A stretch of 62,911 bases of DNA, filler included, from Bipalium vagum (taxonomy: Eukaryota), in NCBI GenBank assembly GCA_037834085.1. It is 3 parts of 3 records of this genome, joined end to end, with 100 filler letters (N's around TTAATTAATTAA, not from the genome) between each part and the next. Parts side by side here need not be neighbours in the genome. Positions count along the whole stretch, not along the records: positions 21,992 to 46,065 come from JBBMKC010203379.1; 2 more parts are not named here. One strand, given 5' to 3'. Position 1 is the first letter of the stretch; every line of letters begins with the position of its first letter. The notes under the pieces were generated by a model, which made no database searches, was not told the origin of the DNA, and worked only from the letters and a program-made list of their open reading frames with translations. Positions 26,921 to 40,052 of the stretch are shown in pieces. Both the position numbers and the translations under genes were made by a program.

Positions 26921-27157
26921 AAAATTAATATAAAGTTTATATATTTAATAAATATTTACGATAAAAAAATTTTAGGATAAAATTAAATTCTTGGAAGCAA
27001 AGACACCTAAAAATTGGAAAATTTATTAATCAAAGAGAAAATAAGCAAAAGTAATAAAAAACTAGAAATTAATAGAAAGATGATATTCGGAGAATAGATT
27101 TAAATATTGCCTGTTCAGAGAAAAATGATTAAATTATATGAATAATTAATTTATATA

Positions 27158-28081
27158 TTTGATTGGCAAATAAGTCCGATTAATTTTTATGAAATAAAAC
27201 TTACTAATTTTTGAAAAAATCAGTCTTAATTGTAAATTTTAAAATGTCTATTAATTTGTCATAGAATGTGCTGTTGTTTACATAATCTATTTTTTATCGA
27301 ATATTTAAATTAATATGGAAGATATTTATGTTCATTTCAGTCATATTTAATTGTATTACTTTAAGATGTTTAAAAGAACACTTATCATGTACATTAAATG
27401 TTAACAAATCGTCTGTCTGAAATGGTTTTTAGAATTCCGTGCTTGAGATTTTAATGTAAACTTATCGCAAAGCTATTGTCGTCTTAGAGAGATTAAGTCA
27501 TACCTGTCAAATCAATAATTTTTGAAAAATCATTCAAACTGTGATTGAGAAAATCAACACATTTATGAAACAATTGGTTATTTCAAACAACGTTATGCGC
27601 AAGGGGTTATATGGTATATAACCATATATCACAAACAACATTAAAGGCACCTCACTCAATAAAATAATGCCTTCATAGGTATCACCTACAATGATTTTCT
27701 GCTGCCAGATACAACGATCACTTCAGATGTGTATTGCTTGCAATTAACAAAATTGAACAACACAATCTAAGAAAAGCGTCCAGTACGACAAGGGAGATCC
27801 CATAGACCTTTGATTATCAGGAATAAATAACTGAGATTTTGGTTGGTTTTTTTGCATCATCCACTATAATTATCAAACTTGGCTCCAACCAACTACCATT
27901 TATTTATGTCGCTTCGAAATTCTTTGAACAGGAAATCTTTCAGTGATAATGAGTCATTTATAAATTTATAAAGATTTCTTTAATAAAAATTAATAATACA
28001 ATTGATTTTAATTTTTTATCAATATTGTTTTTGGCGTTTTATGTTTTCATAAAATCCGAACGGACTTATTTGCCAACCCAA
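27158..28081 (+). mobile_element. mellifera-like mariner with both TIRs, internally deleted
   Basis: TIRs tttgattggcaaataagtccg / cggacttatttgccaacccaa with TA flanks. Interior KWFLEFRA*DFNV and NLAPTNYHLFMSLRNSLNRKSF. Confidence 0.9.
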
Positions 28082-28299
28082 TATTTGATTTACATTTTTA
28101 TCATCGTAATATATCTTGATATACTTTCTGCTCCGATATACTATCTGGTCTTTGGTTTTTCTTTGGTTCCGAAATTAAGAATTGATACTAAAATATTGAA
28201 AGAAATTATCAATCAGTATAAAGGAATCTAAAAATTAATTCCTTCAAAAAAGCTTTCTTAGAATATTTATTTTTCTATGAACTTTTTTGTTTCTATATG

Positions 28300-29250
28300 T
28301 TCTTGAAATTTTATTGTTATTGTTATTGTTTCCTAGATTTTCAAATGGGTTTTTGTTTACAGGTGAATCAGTTTTCAAAAAACTTGCTTACATATCAAAA
28401 TATGACCTTCGAACGAACAAATGATATAAAAAATGTTTTCTAATGTTTCACATATGGGAACAAAAAGAAATCGTATACGGTGAATACCAAGTGTTTAATT
28501 TTTGAAATCTTAAAAAACTAGCTAATTGGTGAAAAGTACTAGTTCTCTTGCATATCTGGGTTAATAATGATTCCACATCTTTAAATGATTTTCTTTATTT
28601 CTCCAAAGACAATAAGTTGTCTACTTATCATTCAATTTTTTCTATTGGCTCCAGAATTCATGATTCAAATTTGTCAAAAACAGGCTACTTTGAACTGCTT
28701 CGAAGACTAATGATTTCTGCAAACCTTACCTTATCTTTTGAAAACTAGTGCCTCACGTTGCCTCCAGAAATTGATATAGGCAATTTGGTGATTTGTTTTA
28801 ATTTTCGTACATTTGCGAAGGCATGAAATGTAAAGACATGGAATAGAATTTAGTTAACCAATCTTCAATGTAACATGTAGATATTGGTCGATTTTTTGAT
28901 GTTGAAAATGATTGGTAATTGTTTGACTTATGATTTGAAAGTACATTTCATGAATAGTTGCTAATAATATTCCCAGATTGATTAGGTAGTCAACTTTTTC
29001 TTCTGATATTTGAAAGCACCTTTTCACTTTGTTTATTGTTCTGTTGTCTTTATCAATTGCGAATTTCGATTTTTCATCTATGGCTAACTCATATGGCTTC
29101 ACGTGGATAGATTTGCGATTGAGTTCTATATGCATTATGTAAATAATAATATGATGTCTCCGTAACCAAGATATCGATAAACAGCTTCTTTATCACTTTT
29201 TGAATGGAATTATTTGGTTTCACCAGAACTAGTTTTTTAACTTATTAGGT
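28300..29250 (-). mobile_element. Gypsy-type RT remnant
   Basis: HIELNRKSIHVKPYEL..EK, QTITNHFQHQKIDQ (D.FPLPRIDD-like), KTAF-like and KDVESLL pieces. Confidence 0.55.
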
Positions 29251-29394
29251 TGTTTTTTGTCTTTCAAAATTGATATGAAAAAATATAACCATATATTAAA
29301 ATCAATGAAATCAATTAAAACTGTTCATACTCTTTATTTAATTATGCGAAAATTTAAAGACGATCAAACAATTGGTGGAAAGATTACGAAAGAT

Positions 29395-29850
29395 CAACCA
29401 TGTTCGAAATTACATTCTTTATGAATTCCGTAAAGAAATAAAGGCTACAAAAGAAACTTCCAATGTGTTATATCCAAAATCACTGAAAGTCAGAACATGT
29501 CAACATTTGTTTTCCTGATTTAAAGGAAGTATCGATTTGGATGACTGTCTGTGCTTGGCAAATCCTTTTAATATCAATGAGGATTTGACATGGCCATTAA
29601 TTGATGAACACATTGAGGAAAAACATTGACTGAAATGGAAACTATAATGGGAAATGACAATATCCCATCATCTAAGGGCAATTATAAGACTAATTATTAC
29701 ACTAGCAAAAATCTGAGCGACTAAAAATCTGTACATCACTGTTATCAAAATATCAGAACGTTTTATTTTTGAGTCGGATTGTCACTTGGGATGAGAAATG
29801 GGTTTCATATGACAATCTCAAGCACAAGTACAATGACTATTTTGTGGCGA
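29395..29850 (+). mobile_element. mariner N-terminal half remnant
   Basis: HVRNYILYEFRKEIKA...LKVRTCQHLFS*FKGSIDLDD and SRIVTWDEKWVSYDN. Confidence 0.85.
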
Positions 29851-30849
29851 ATTCTCATATTTTTAGGTTTACCAAAGACTTAAATAAATTAAATGAGAGA
29901 ATACTACTACTAATAATTAATTATTAATAATCATGAAAATATTAATTATGAAATATTTCTTTAATAATAAAATATTTTTGGGGTGTTTATGATTCCGTAT
30001 AGATAAATCGAGTATCAGAAATTTTGCAGAGAAATAATCGAAATACTTTTTTTCTGTTTGCAAATGACCGGAACGACAGTTTACCTAAAGGAAGTTGATG
30101 TAGAGAAGTATCAGAACATTTTTGGGAAGTCTTTATCTCACATTCTAGTGGTCGAACTGTTGTAAAAATACAATATTTAATTATATGGCTCCTGAGTCGA
30201 TTAACCGAACATTTCGGAAAAGAAAATTTCAATCAGAAGAATTACTAATATCCATTACCCGGAATTGTCAAAATTATATATTGGCAGATGATACATCTTG
30301 CTTACTTAACAAAATTATCTAGATCAACTTTTTAATATTTTTAAGGTACCTAAATTTTCTTATATACCTTTCAGTGATTGTTTATAAAACCAAATTGGTC
30401 TAACAAAGGAACCAAGGAACCATACCTGTTAATCGTTTTTTATTTTTTCAATTTTTCCTATTCGGAAGATTTTTTTATTAGTCGGTAATTTATTATTTCA
30501 GCGTAATTAAATTGATCCATTTTAACAGTTATTTAAAAACTTGAATAAATTGAACGTTCAGGTTCAAGCCGATCACAACGAAATAGAAAATGATTTCTGA
30601 TAATTACAAGAAAACTCATTCAGTTACTCTGCCTAACGCCGAGGTTCCATATGTCATCAAAATTGGTTTGAAATTCATTTGACATATAAATATTTTCTTT
30701 AATGATTCATCTTTGTGTAAAAAATATAATTTTATTCAAAATTTGCATTAAATTCAATTAACAAAAATAGATACTTAAATACAGAACATTAAATAGAATT
30801 CATAAATTTTCTGGATTATGGGTACAATGAGAAATGCGGATTTTTTTTA

Positions 30850-31150
30850 ATAACCGAAGCATGCTAATTTCGAAACAAAAATATTTTTTCAAAACATGAC
30901 CAATGTTATCCATCTTTTTCTTCTTTTCTTCCATCTGTCAGTTAATTTATGGATACCAACCCAAAAGAACTTTTCTGATTTCTAGGAGAACCATCCAGAG
31001 ATCCAATTTTGGACATCTTCGTACGATTTGAAGTGCTGCTCAAAGATCCATGTGTCATTGAACGAAACAGGTGAAAATCGGAAAAAGCATGATATGATGA
31101 ATATGGCGGGTGGGTGAGTGAGTACTTCCATTTCCTGTCTTTAAACATTG
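30850..31150 (-). mobile_element. mauritiana (Mos1)-like mariner C-terminal remnant
   Basis: LTHPPYSSYHAFSDFHLFRSMTHG..EQHFKSYEDVQNWI...FFWVGIHKLTDRW. Confidence 0.85.
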
Positions 31151-32465
31151 CTTTTAACCCATAACTGATAATAATATTAAAGACTGAATCAGCTGGGATA
31201 TTTTTTTGGTATAACGTATAACCCGACTGCAAAGAATCAGGCCATATATTCCTGTTCTGGTAGCCTTGGTCCATGTTAAAACAAAATCTGTCTGATTTGC
31301 ATCATTTCATTTGTCCTTTGAAATTTTGATGTCAAATTTTTAAAATAAACTTTGTTGAATCTTTTAATTATAAATGTTATGTAAAACTGATTTATTACAG
31401 ATTTTCACAATTTCTGGGTCCGAAACTTTTTAATTAATTATAAATAATTTTATATATATTATAATTACAAAATCTTTTTTAATAATAATGATTTAAATAT
31501 TGATAGCTGTCTAAGGATTGTTGTACAACTCCAACAATAATTTTTCTAATACGTCTTGAATTTAAGAAATTTTTAGTGAAACTGTAAAATTTTCATGAAT
31601 TGCTCCAATGATTATATAACTGCTTACTCCATATCTACCATTATTTTTCTTAAGAAATGCAATGCATGTAGATTAGACAAAAATAATTATATTTGAATTC
31701 TCTTACAATTAATCAAAATTAATCGATTAACACATTGAAATTGTATTTGACTAATCGAAAAGTATAATTAGTACCAGCCGTAGTTTAATTATTTTATTAT
31801 TAATGCTTTTTCATATTTATTTCTTCCTAGAATTAAATATTTATATATAATATATGTATCTTAACTCCATAAGATACGGATAATTCGCTATAAAGAACGA
31901 TATTTTTATGAACTTTTTTATGATTATTAAATGAAATATAAGAAATGAAATATAACACCATCTAAAACTTTAAGTACAATATTTATATCATATTTATTAT
32001 TATTTTAATCATATCCCACTTAGTAAAATTGTTAAAAAATAGAATGGTGTTGAATTAGCACAAGTCCTGGAAATTGATAAAAGACTTATTTTCAAAAGAT
32101 GTAATGATGTAATTGCTGAAACATTTTAGGTTCTAATGACGTACTAATCTTTCTATTTACTCTTTTTTCCTTCCATAAAAATCTTAAAATTTTTAAAATT
32201 TCATTAAGATTTTTTAAACCATTACGATCTAAAACTAATTATAAAGGAAAACTTTCAGTAACTTTCCAAATTATACAAGTCTTCTATTTTAGACCCTATT
32301 TTCTTATGATTTTCTTTTGTAGATCTTGTTACTACATAAATACTGCATAAAAGTCACTCTGGACACTAAGAACTAAGATCCATTCTGAAGGTGAGCTCTA
32401 AAACCTTAATTTTTCCGACGATCAAGTAGAGAAAGTATTCCGTATTTATTTTATTCATTGTTGTC

Positions 32466-32640
32466 AAAATCGAAGATGTAGACGAATGCCAGATTTGTTA
32501 TGAAAGCGAAGGCATGTACAATGTCGTTCTTTTTACTGAATATCTTCACGGATTCTATAGACCTTAAGAGATTTTATATTAAAATATTCAATGTCCATTG
32601 GATTCAGAGTGGTTACCTAGGTTTGGTAAAAGAATATTTA
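32466..32640 (+). pseudogene. RBX1/RBX2/APC11-like RING-H2 pseudogene fragment
   Basis: KIEDVDECQICYE..YNVVLFTEYLHGFYRP*EILY*NIQCPLDSEWLPRFGK compared with RBX1 VDNCAIC...VAWGVCNHAFH...VCPLDNREWEFQKYG. Stops and C/H-to-Y changes are present. Confidence 0.6.
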
Positions 32641-32935
32641 ATGCAAATTATTTTGAAGAATTAAAATATTAAAAGTATATAATAATATCAAATATTTATA
32701 ATATAGAATTTACGTATTAAGCAAATTCTTATTTTTATCAAACATTTTTGAATATTTTTATTATGTTAATTTTAAATTTAGAATAAAAAAATTTTGGAAG
32801 TACGAAAACTAACGAGGTTTAGGAGACATCAGAAGGTTAGGGAAAGGTTTTAAAACTCGGAAGCGAAACTGAAGAACCATTTGTTTTAATTAATCAAATA
32901 AAAACATAGTAGAAGTGCAGGTATCTAAACCTGTC

Positions 32936-33155
32936 TTAAAACCAAATCATCAAAAATATTATCTTTACACATTGAAAATTAGTTTTATTTTTAGTTTTCA
33001 TTATTATTCCGCAATAAATCCTTTGATTCAAAGAATTCTTGTAGAGAATTACGGGTTTCATCAGTGCTTTCAAGTACTGCAACGAACGGAACAGGTGATA
33101 ATCTCTTGGAGCTAAATCTAGAGAACATTGTAGATGATCGATATGATTCATCATT
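32936..33155 (-). mobile_element. mariner C-terminal remnant
   Basis: HLQCSLDLAPRDYHLFRSLQY. Confidence 0.8.
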
Positions 33156-33419
33156 TTTTTTTAATTCTCATTCTAGAATCTAGATAGATGCAGATTGGAA
33201 TGGTCATCTAAAAACATAATTTGACTTCCATGACAGAATTTCAAAGCGATAATTCCAAGTCATATACTATATGTCCGACAATTATCAACAAATTTTAAAT
33301 TGAATTATTTTATTTAGCAAATAAATCTGATCGATATTATTATTATAAGAATTTTTATTTTTATATTTTAGTCACTACAGATACTGAATCAGAAATTCAA
33401 ATTATCCAATGTTTTAAAT

Positions 33420-33760
33420 CAGGGAAATGATCAACATCAGAAATTCGTATTTTCAAGAATCGTCGTGGTGTGCGGAATGATCCATTTAATGCGTCAACAG
33501 TAATGAGAACTGTGAAGAAATTTGAAGAATCTAGTTGTTTTGCCCACCAGAAACCTAGAGCTAGTTGACCATCTCTAGTGAACGAAAGCTCGTTTTGACA
33601 GTGATGCCTTCAAAAGATCATCTCTTAATGAATTTGAATCATCATCATGTAGAAAAATATCCAGGATATCAGGAATTCCGAAGACGTCAGTTCATGAAAT
33701 TTTTCGTCAGAATCTAATGAAATATCCATATTGTCTTCAAATGCATCAAGAGCTCCATTA
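33420..33760 (+). mobile_element. DD41D/rosa-like transposase N-terminal remnant
   Basis: STVMRTVKKFEES...SCRKISRISGIPKTSVHEIFRQNLMKYPYCLQMHQEL. Confidence 0.75.
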
Positions 33761-34415
33761 TATATCTCGTTTAAAAAAGTTTTTGATTTTATGAAATTTA
33801 AATAATACTTATTATTTTGCGAATATCTAAATTTGATAGTTAATTAGAACAGGTAAAAAATTTAACTATTGATGAAATAAAATTTGAATAACTTAAATTT
33901 GTAGTTTATATTATGAGTTTTAATAAAGAGCATATTCGTCATTTTATAATGTACCAATTTAAGAGCGGTATGTACTGAACTGTGGAAATAATATATCTGG
34001 GCCATATATCCAAATGTCATTACTGTCATTCAAAGCCCGAATTGGTATAAAAAAATTTTTGATCTGAAGAGTAATCCAAATTGGTATTTTTAAGGCATTT
34101 TGAAAAACAATAATTTAAATACCGCCAATCGATATATGATTTAGACTACACTTTTTGGTTCGTATATAAATTAATTTAGAATCATGTAAGAGTCAGGAAA
34201 AATTTACAAGCTTATTGATTGGTATTTCCCGCAAACTGAGATCGAATAGAATTGTGATATTCTTATCAAGCATCACTACCCAATTTAAATTTCTACCGTA
34301 GCTTATAAAATGGTGAGACATCAATGTTTTTGTACATTGGGATCAAATTCACGAGAATCAAAAAATTAAAACCGAACTCAATGCTTGGCAAGTAACTTGG
34401 CAATTGCCCAAAATA

Positions 34416-35515
34416 TTAGTTTGATGCAATATAAATTCAGGTTTTTGATGTTTTGTATTCAGGTCAAGTTTATATCAATAAATTAATACGTTTAGATCAA
34501 TAAGTTATGTCATTTGTATGCTTATCTTATGCTCTATAAATATTTGTTTAAAAATTATTTTTTGTCAATAATTTGGATTTTATTTACAGATGTCGAAACG
34601 CTATTTCCGCAATATTTTCTTCTAAGAGTACAAGCTAGTACAACCTTAGTGCACCTCAAAGCACTCGAAATATCAACGATGTTTGGGGTCAGGCAAGTGT
34701 CAACAAATGTACGATGCAACGTTGGTATCACAAGTTTCGTTCTGTCTATATCAGCCTCGATGATGATCCTCATGCCAAACGTCCATCAGGCATTAATAAT
34801 GAGAAATTGAAACAGTTAATCGAAGATGATAATCACAAAACTACACGAGAAAATGCTGAAAACCCCACGTAAACCAATCAACCGTATTTCATCATTTGAA
34901 GAAAATTGGAAAAACCAAAACACTTGAGTCGGAATCGTACGAATTGACAGAACAACAAAACTTGGTTTGAAGATTGCATCCTTCCTTGTTTGATGAAACA
35001 AAAAATTATAACTTCCGATGAAAAGTGGATGACAAGCGGCGACGTTCGATCAACAACCACAACTCTTTCCGAATTCGACATTCCACCAAAAGAATGTTAT
35101 GGTGACTGCTTATTTAGCTGCAGCTTCTTGAATCAAGGCGAAACGATAACGATAGAAGTACTTCCAATAAATTGACGAAACGCACCAAAGGGTAAACGTA
35201 TGTTCAGCATTGGTGTTCAGAAAAGGACCAACTCTACCCCATGACAACGCTCAACGCACGTCACATGAAGTTGAATAAATTGAACTACGAATTTTTTCAA
35301 GTTGACGATACCAGAAACGCCTTCGCCAACTTCCTCGCCTCCTGAACTCCGGATTTCTATACCACAAGTATAAATAAACTTGTTTCACGTTGATAAAAAT
35401 TTGTTGATTCTAGTGATTGTTATTTAAATTAATAAACTTGTTTATAAGCTGAATTATTAATTTAAAGTTGAGATTTAAAACCTGCGTTTATATTATTATT
35501 AATACATCAACCTAT
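34416..35515 (+). mobile_element. cecropia (Hsmar1-like) mariner with both TIRs, decayed
   Basis: TIRs ttagtttgatgcaatataaattcagg / cctgcgtttatatt...acatcaacctat. Interior RNINDVWGQASVNKCTMQRWYHKFRS, IITSDEKW, RKGPTLPHDNAQR and TPDFYTTSINKLVSR. Confidence 0.88.
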
Positions 35516-35944
35516 TATTATTAGTCGTATTAAGTGTAAGAATTAGTTCAGTCCGTTTTTTAAAGATGGCTATCAGTAGAAGAATACTTTAATAATTACA
35601 CCTTAATTCAATTGATTTAGAGAGATTAAACATCTGAAAATTTTTAGTTAAATTATAGTGATTTTTGATACAAAAAATAGTGTTTTATTACATCAATTAT
35701 GAACACTTCAAATAACAAAGCAACATTTGCGGGAAGTTCTAAATTTGTTTCAATTGAGATAAAATTACTGTTGAAGCTCATAAAAGCTCCTTGGAGTGTA
35801 TTGAGACAAAACTTCGAATGATAAATCATGTGAATGGTTTCGACATTCATTCGGACCGTTTGTTTTAATACCGATTATTGTTTATTTTTTCAAACTATAT
35901 TAACTTTAATTTTATTTAGTTTTTGCTTAGAATGTATTTAAGTA

Positions 35945-37072
35945 TTATGGTGTCCCATAAAAATTGACCGTTTCTGATATATCAACATTAAAGCTAAATA
36001 ACGTTTTTTTAAAGAATTAATTAACTATTGATTTTTTGTATAAAATTTTGTATAAAAAAGATTGCTTAGAATTAATTTATATATATTTGTTTTATTATTC
36101 ATTTTAGCGCTCAATTAAAATGCCTACAAAATATGAAATTCTTGTAATTCTTCTACATTATTGGAAAAGACAATTGTCAGCTGTTGACTCCACCAGATTA
36201 ATAGTAGAAGTTGAAGGTCCAAATGCGCTCAATGAGAGGAAAACGAGGCGCTGGTTTTCAAAATTCAATTCCGGTCACACCAGCCTCCTACGTGCAATAG
36301 GTTCTGGAATACCTTTGATTTTCAAAGACGATGATCTAATGGATTCTATAGAATCAGGTCCTTCTCAATCGACTCGAGAATAATCATAGGTCATTCAAAA
36401 TTCACAATTCATCGTCACCTTCGTACTCTTGGCAAAAGAATACAGAGCCCCTTGAATGCACCCACATCAGCTGACAGATGCGCAAGTTGATAAACGATTT
36501 CAAATTTGTCAAAGGTTGTTGGATAACCCGTTAGACAAGGGTTTTTCCAAAGAATTGTCGCTATGGATGAAAAATGGATCTTCATTAATAATCCACACAA
36601 AAAATGGCAATGGTTATCAGCAAACGAGTTACCTGGTGGCAGAGTACAGTAGATAGATTTGGAAAGAACATGATTTCTGTTTTCTGGAACTACAACTGAA
36701 TTTTATCTTTTGAAATTCTTCCAGTTGGTCATAAATATTAATTCAGAGATCTATTCTGCACAATTGAATCGACTTCACCAGGTTCTCATCAAAAAACATC
36801 CTGCTTTAATCAACCAGAAAAGAATTCTATTGCAAGCTGACAACTCTAAAAAAACTTTGAGAACATGAATGACCTGGAAAAGTAAGTGCCTATCGATGTT
36901 TTTTGACTCTAAATCTCAAGGATAGTATGAAAATGAAATTCTCAAAATTGTAGAACATTGGCCTCTTGTTTGTGAGAACGATGGATTTTATTTTACTTCA
37001 TAATTTCATAATGTACAATAAAAATTTTGTGTTGTATTTATTGAATTAAAACGGACATTTTTTATGGGACAC
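35945..37072 (+). mobile_element. nested mariner with TIRs
   Basis: TIRs gtgtcccataaaaattgaccgttt / aaacggacattttttatgggacac. ORF 36120-36383 MPTKYEILVILLHYWK...RRWFSKFNSG, then PHQLTDAQ, IVAMDEKWIF and NQKRILLQADN. Confidence 0.9.
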
Positions 37073-37941
37073 GAATTGCACGTGCTAATTGATGAAGAGC
37101 AGTGTCAATCACAAAATGAGCTCGAGGAATTGTTAAGTGTTCATAGAAGAAAAATTTCCGTTCGTTTGGCAGCAATAGGAAAGATTTATAAAGAAAAATG
37201 GTTGCGAACTGAAAGAAAGAGATATTGAGAGGCGGAAACCCATATGTGAAATCTTGCTAGAAAAGCTAAAAAGGAAAGGGTTTATGCACCGTATCTTGAC
37301 TGCAGACGAAAATTGAATATACTAACAAAGGACAGAAATCCATTTGTGAACCCGAACAACCGACCACATCGATATCAAAAAGGAACATTCACAACAAAAA
37401 AAGTATTACTCTGTATTTTGTGGGACCAAAATGGTATAGTGTATCACCAGTTTTTAAAAAACGAAACTATCACAGGCAAACTTTATGAACAAATGATAGT
37501 ATTAAACCAGCAATTGAAAAGTAAGTGGCCGGAATATGCAAACAGACACAAAAAAGTTATCTTACAGCACGATAACGCTTGACCACATATTGCGAAAGTT
37601 GTTAATGCCACCTCGGAAATTTTTAAGTGTGACGTTTTACCTAACCCACCTTATTCACCGGATATTGCTCCGAGTGATTATAACTTGTTTCGATCGATGA
37701 CACACGGACTTTCCTGTCAGGACTTTTGGTGAAATAGAAAAATGGGTCAATGAATAGATCCCTTTAAAAGATGAATCAGTTTTTCGTAACTGACTTGCCG
37801 GTCAGATGGGAAAAAATAATAGCAAACGATGGCAAATACTTTAATTAGTTTACATGTGCCTTTTTTTCGAAAAGTCTTTTCATATTATTCTAAATTGTAT
37901 TTTAATATGTAAAAACTGACAGAATTACTTCACACACCTAA
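37073..37941 (+). mobile_element. 5'-truncated Mos1-like mariner with right TIR
   Basis: ELKERDIERRKPICEILL..KRKGFMHRILTADE, KVLLCILWDQNGIVY, KVILQHDNA*PH, PPYSPDIAPSDYNLFRSMTHGL and NDGKYFN*. TIR gaattacttcacacacctaa. Confidence 0.92.
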
Positions 37942-38489
37942 TATAAAAAGATTTCAATGTAACAGACAATCCTCTTTGTGTTCTGTCAAAAACTTTGAAG
38001 GAAAATCATTTTTCGATAAAGATTCCAGCCAAAAGCTAGAGGAGCTCGCAAAAACTTTGGAACTCAACAATTGGTTTCCAGAACATTGAAATAAATTAAA
38101 CAAGCAAGGAAACTTTATGACTCATGAACTAAAACTGAGAGATGTTTAAAGGCGATATTTCACTTGCAAACAGCTACTTCAAAGACAACAAAGAAAGGAT
38201 TTCCTACATCGTATAGTCACTGGTGATGTAAAATGGATATTCTTCCACAACCCAATAGGAAAAAATTATGTTACCCCCCGATCAATCAATCTGATCGGTT
38301 TCAATATCAAACCCAATGCGAAATATAAATGATTCGAAGGTTGGATAAAAATGGTGTGCATACAAACTGTTGATTCTATTACAGGTAATCGGTACAATTA
38401 ATACGTTTAAACCAGTTGCTAGAGAAAAAACCGGAAAACAACCAAAGACAGACAAAAAATTTTATTTAATGTTTATTTTAATTTTTAGC

Positions 38490-39070
38490 TTTTAAACATA
38501 AAGATAGAAGACGCAAATCAACAAATGATAAAGTTACGGTTGGTGATATCAAAAAAGTGCTGAGTTAGATCCGAATTCAAACCCATGGTTTACAATTTGC
38601 TCTGACAATATGGAGAATATATTGTGACGTCCTTTGAGCAAATTTATACAAAAGAAAAAGAAATCATGAATGATAAAATTGTTAAATTAACAGAAGTTTT
38701 AAAGAGTGAGAAAGAAAAGAATGCGAACCTTGAGCACCCACTTGAAAAGATGACCGGATATAAAAATAATCCTAAAAATATAAGAAAATGTTATAAAGGA
38801 TTTACAAGACTCGAATTCGGGCAATAAAGTGTTGTTAAAACAAGCTGAAGCAAAATCTAAAATGCTGCAAGACCTAGATGCAGTCATTAAAAGAAACGAC
38901 ACTAAGACAGCAGAAAACACCATATCTTTAGAGCTTGTAAATCTTCAACATAAAATTGACACTCTTGAATAGCAAAATAGAATTGATCATAATTGATCAT
39001 AAAAATCAAATTGATCATAATGCTAAAGAAGTGAGAAAGTTATAAGAAAGTTCGAAGAAATGGAAAAAGA
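38490..39070 (+). pseudogene. coiled-coil host-gene-like fragment inside the outer mariner
   Basis: After a ttttag acceptor: LLNIKIEDANQQMIKLR, then SFEQIYTKEKEIMNDKIVKLTEVLKSEKEKNANLE and KVLLKQAEAKSKMLQDLD..LELVNLQHKIDTLE. No transposase motifs. Confidence 0.45.
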
Positions 39071-39569
39071 ACCGGATTCTGGCGATCTTGTTCCTTATAT
39101 AGAGATCGCCAGGTTAGTTATGATCAATGAAAATAAATTGTATACTATTTGGAAATAGTGTTTCAGCGCCTCACCGTATTCGCCAGACATTCCAATTAAT
39201 GATTATTTAGACGGATGCAGCAAGATTTTATATAGATCACTTGGTTAACTTTTTTTTAAAGATATTGACTTGAAATTTTTTCAAAATGGAATTCGAAATT
39301 TACCCGATATGTGACTCGTCGATATCAGAGGAGGCCACTTAGAAAATATTATTTTCCATATGTATATTTTGTATCTAAATAAATTATTACAGAAAAGTCT
39401 TCGTTTTCTTTTTTTAAAAATTATTTTAAAAATTAAATCGTATAGTTACTTATATATGATTCTGTACATTTTTTAATTTAAAAAACGGACCGAACTAATT
39501 TTTATATTTGGAAAGGCTCCTGCAAAACATATAACGCTATATTTACTGAAAATCAGATGATTTTAATAT

Positions 39570-40000
39570 AAGGGTGTAGACATGCTATAAATCATTGTTT
39601 AAATAAACAATTGTCAACAAATAATCAAAACACCACGTTATTTTAAATTTCGGTAATTGATATTGTATATTTATTAGAAAAATAAATATTTCACTTTCAT
39701 TTTTATGTGAAAAAAATTTTGGATTTAGAAATGAGTGTCGAAAATATATACTATCGACATTTTATCAGATAAGAATTTTAGGAAGTAATCTCAATCCATA
39801 TGCTCTGTTACAGAATGAGGCCATTTTTTATATTGCATTTAAATATTGATATCGCCGATTTAAAGAAGGAAATTTTGATGTAAACAATCTACAACTAACC
39901 GCTGCTTGACGAACATTGTACCCTTAGAGATTGGAACTATTCTGTAAGAATACTGCTTAGACATTTAAAATAGACTAATACTCTTGCATACACCTAATGC
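39570..40000 (+). mobile_element. short internally deleted mariner remnant
   Basis: MSVENIYYRHFIR*EF and *YRRFKEGNFDV N-terminal motifs; TIR-like ends. Confidence 0.6.
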
Positions 40001-40052
40001 TTAAATAATACTGTATTTTAATGAAATTTAATATAGAATAAGGATTTGCTTA

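Larger units (their letters stand above)
35530..39511 (+). mobile_element. outer mauritiana-like mariner split by nested insertions
   Basis: TIR core aattagttcagtccgttttt (~35541) matches aaaaacggaccgaactaatt (39481-39500). Transposase pieces at 35690-35860, 37960-38450 (RYFTCKQLLQRQQRKDFLHRIVTGDVKWIF) and 39100-39350. Confidence 0.65.

Noticed and set aside
30160-30230. Kinase-like FNYMAPESI motif
   Set aside because: No convincing HRD, DFG or DxWS in the flanking frames. At most a tiny relic, so not called.
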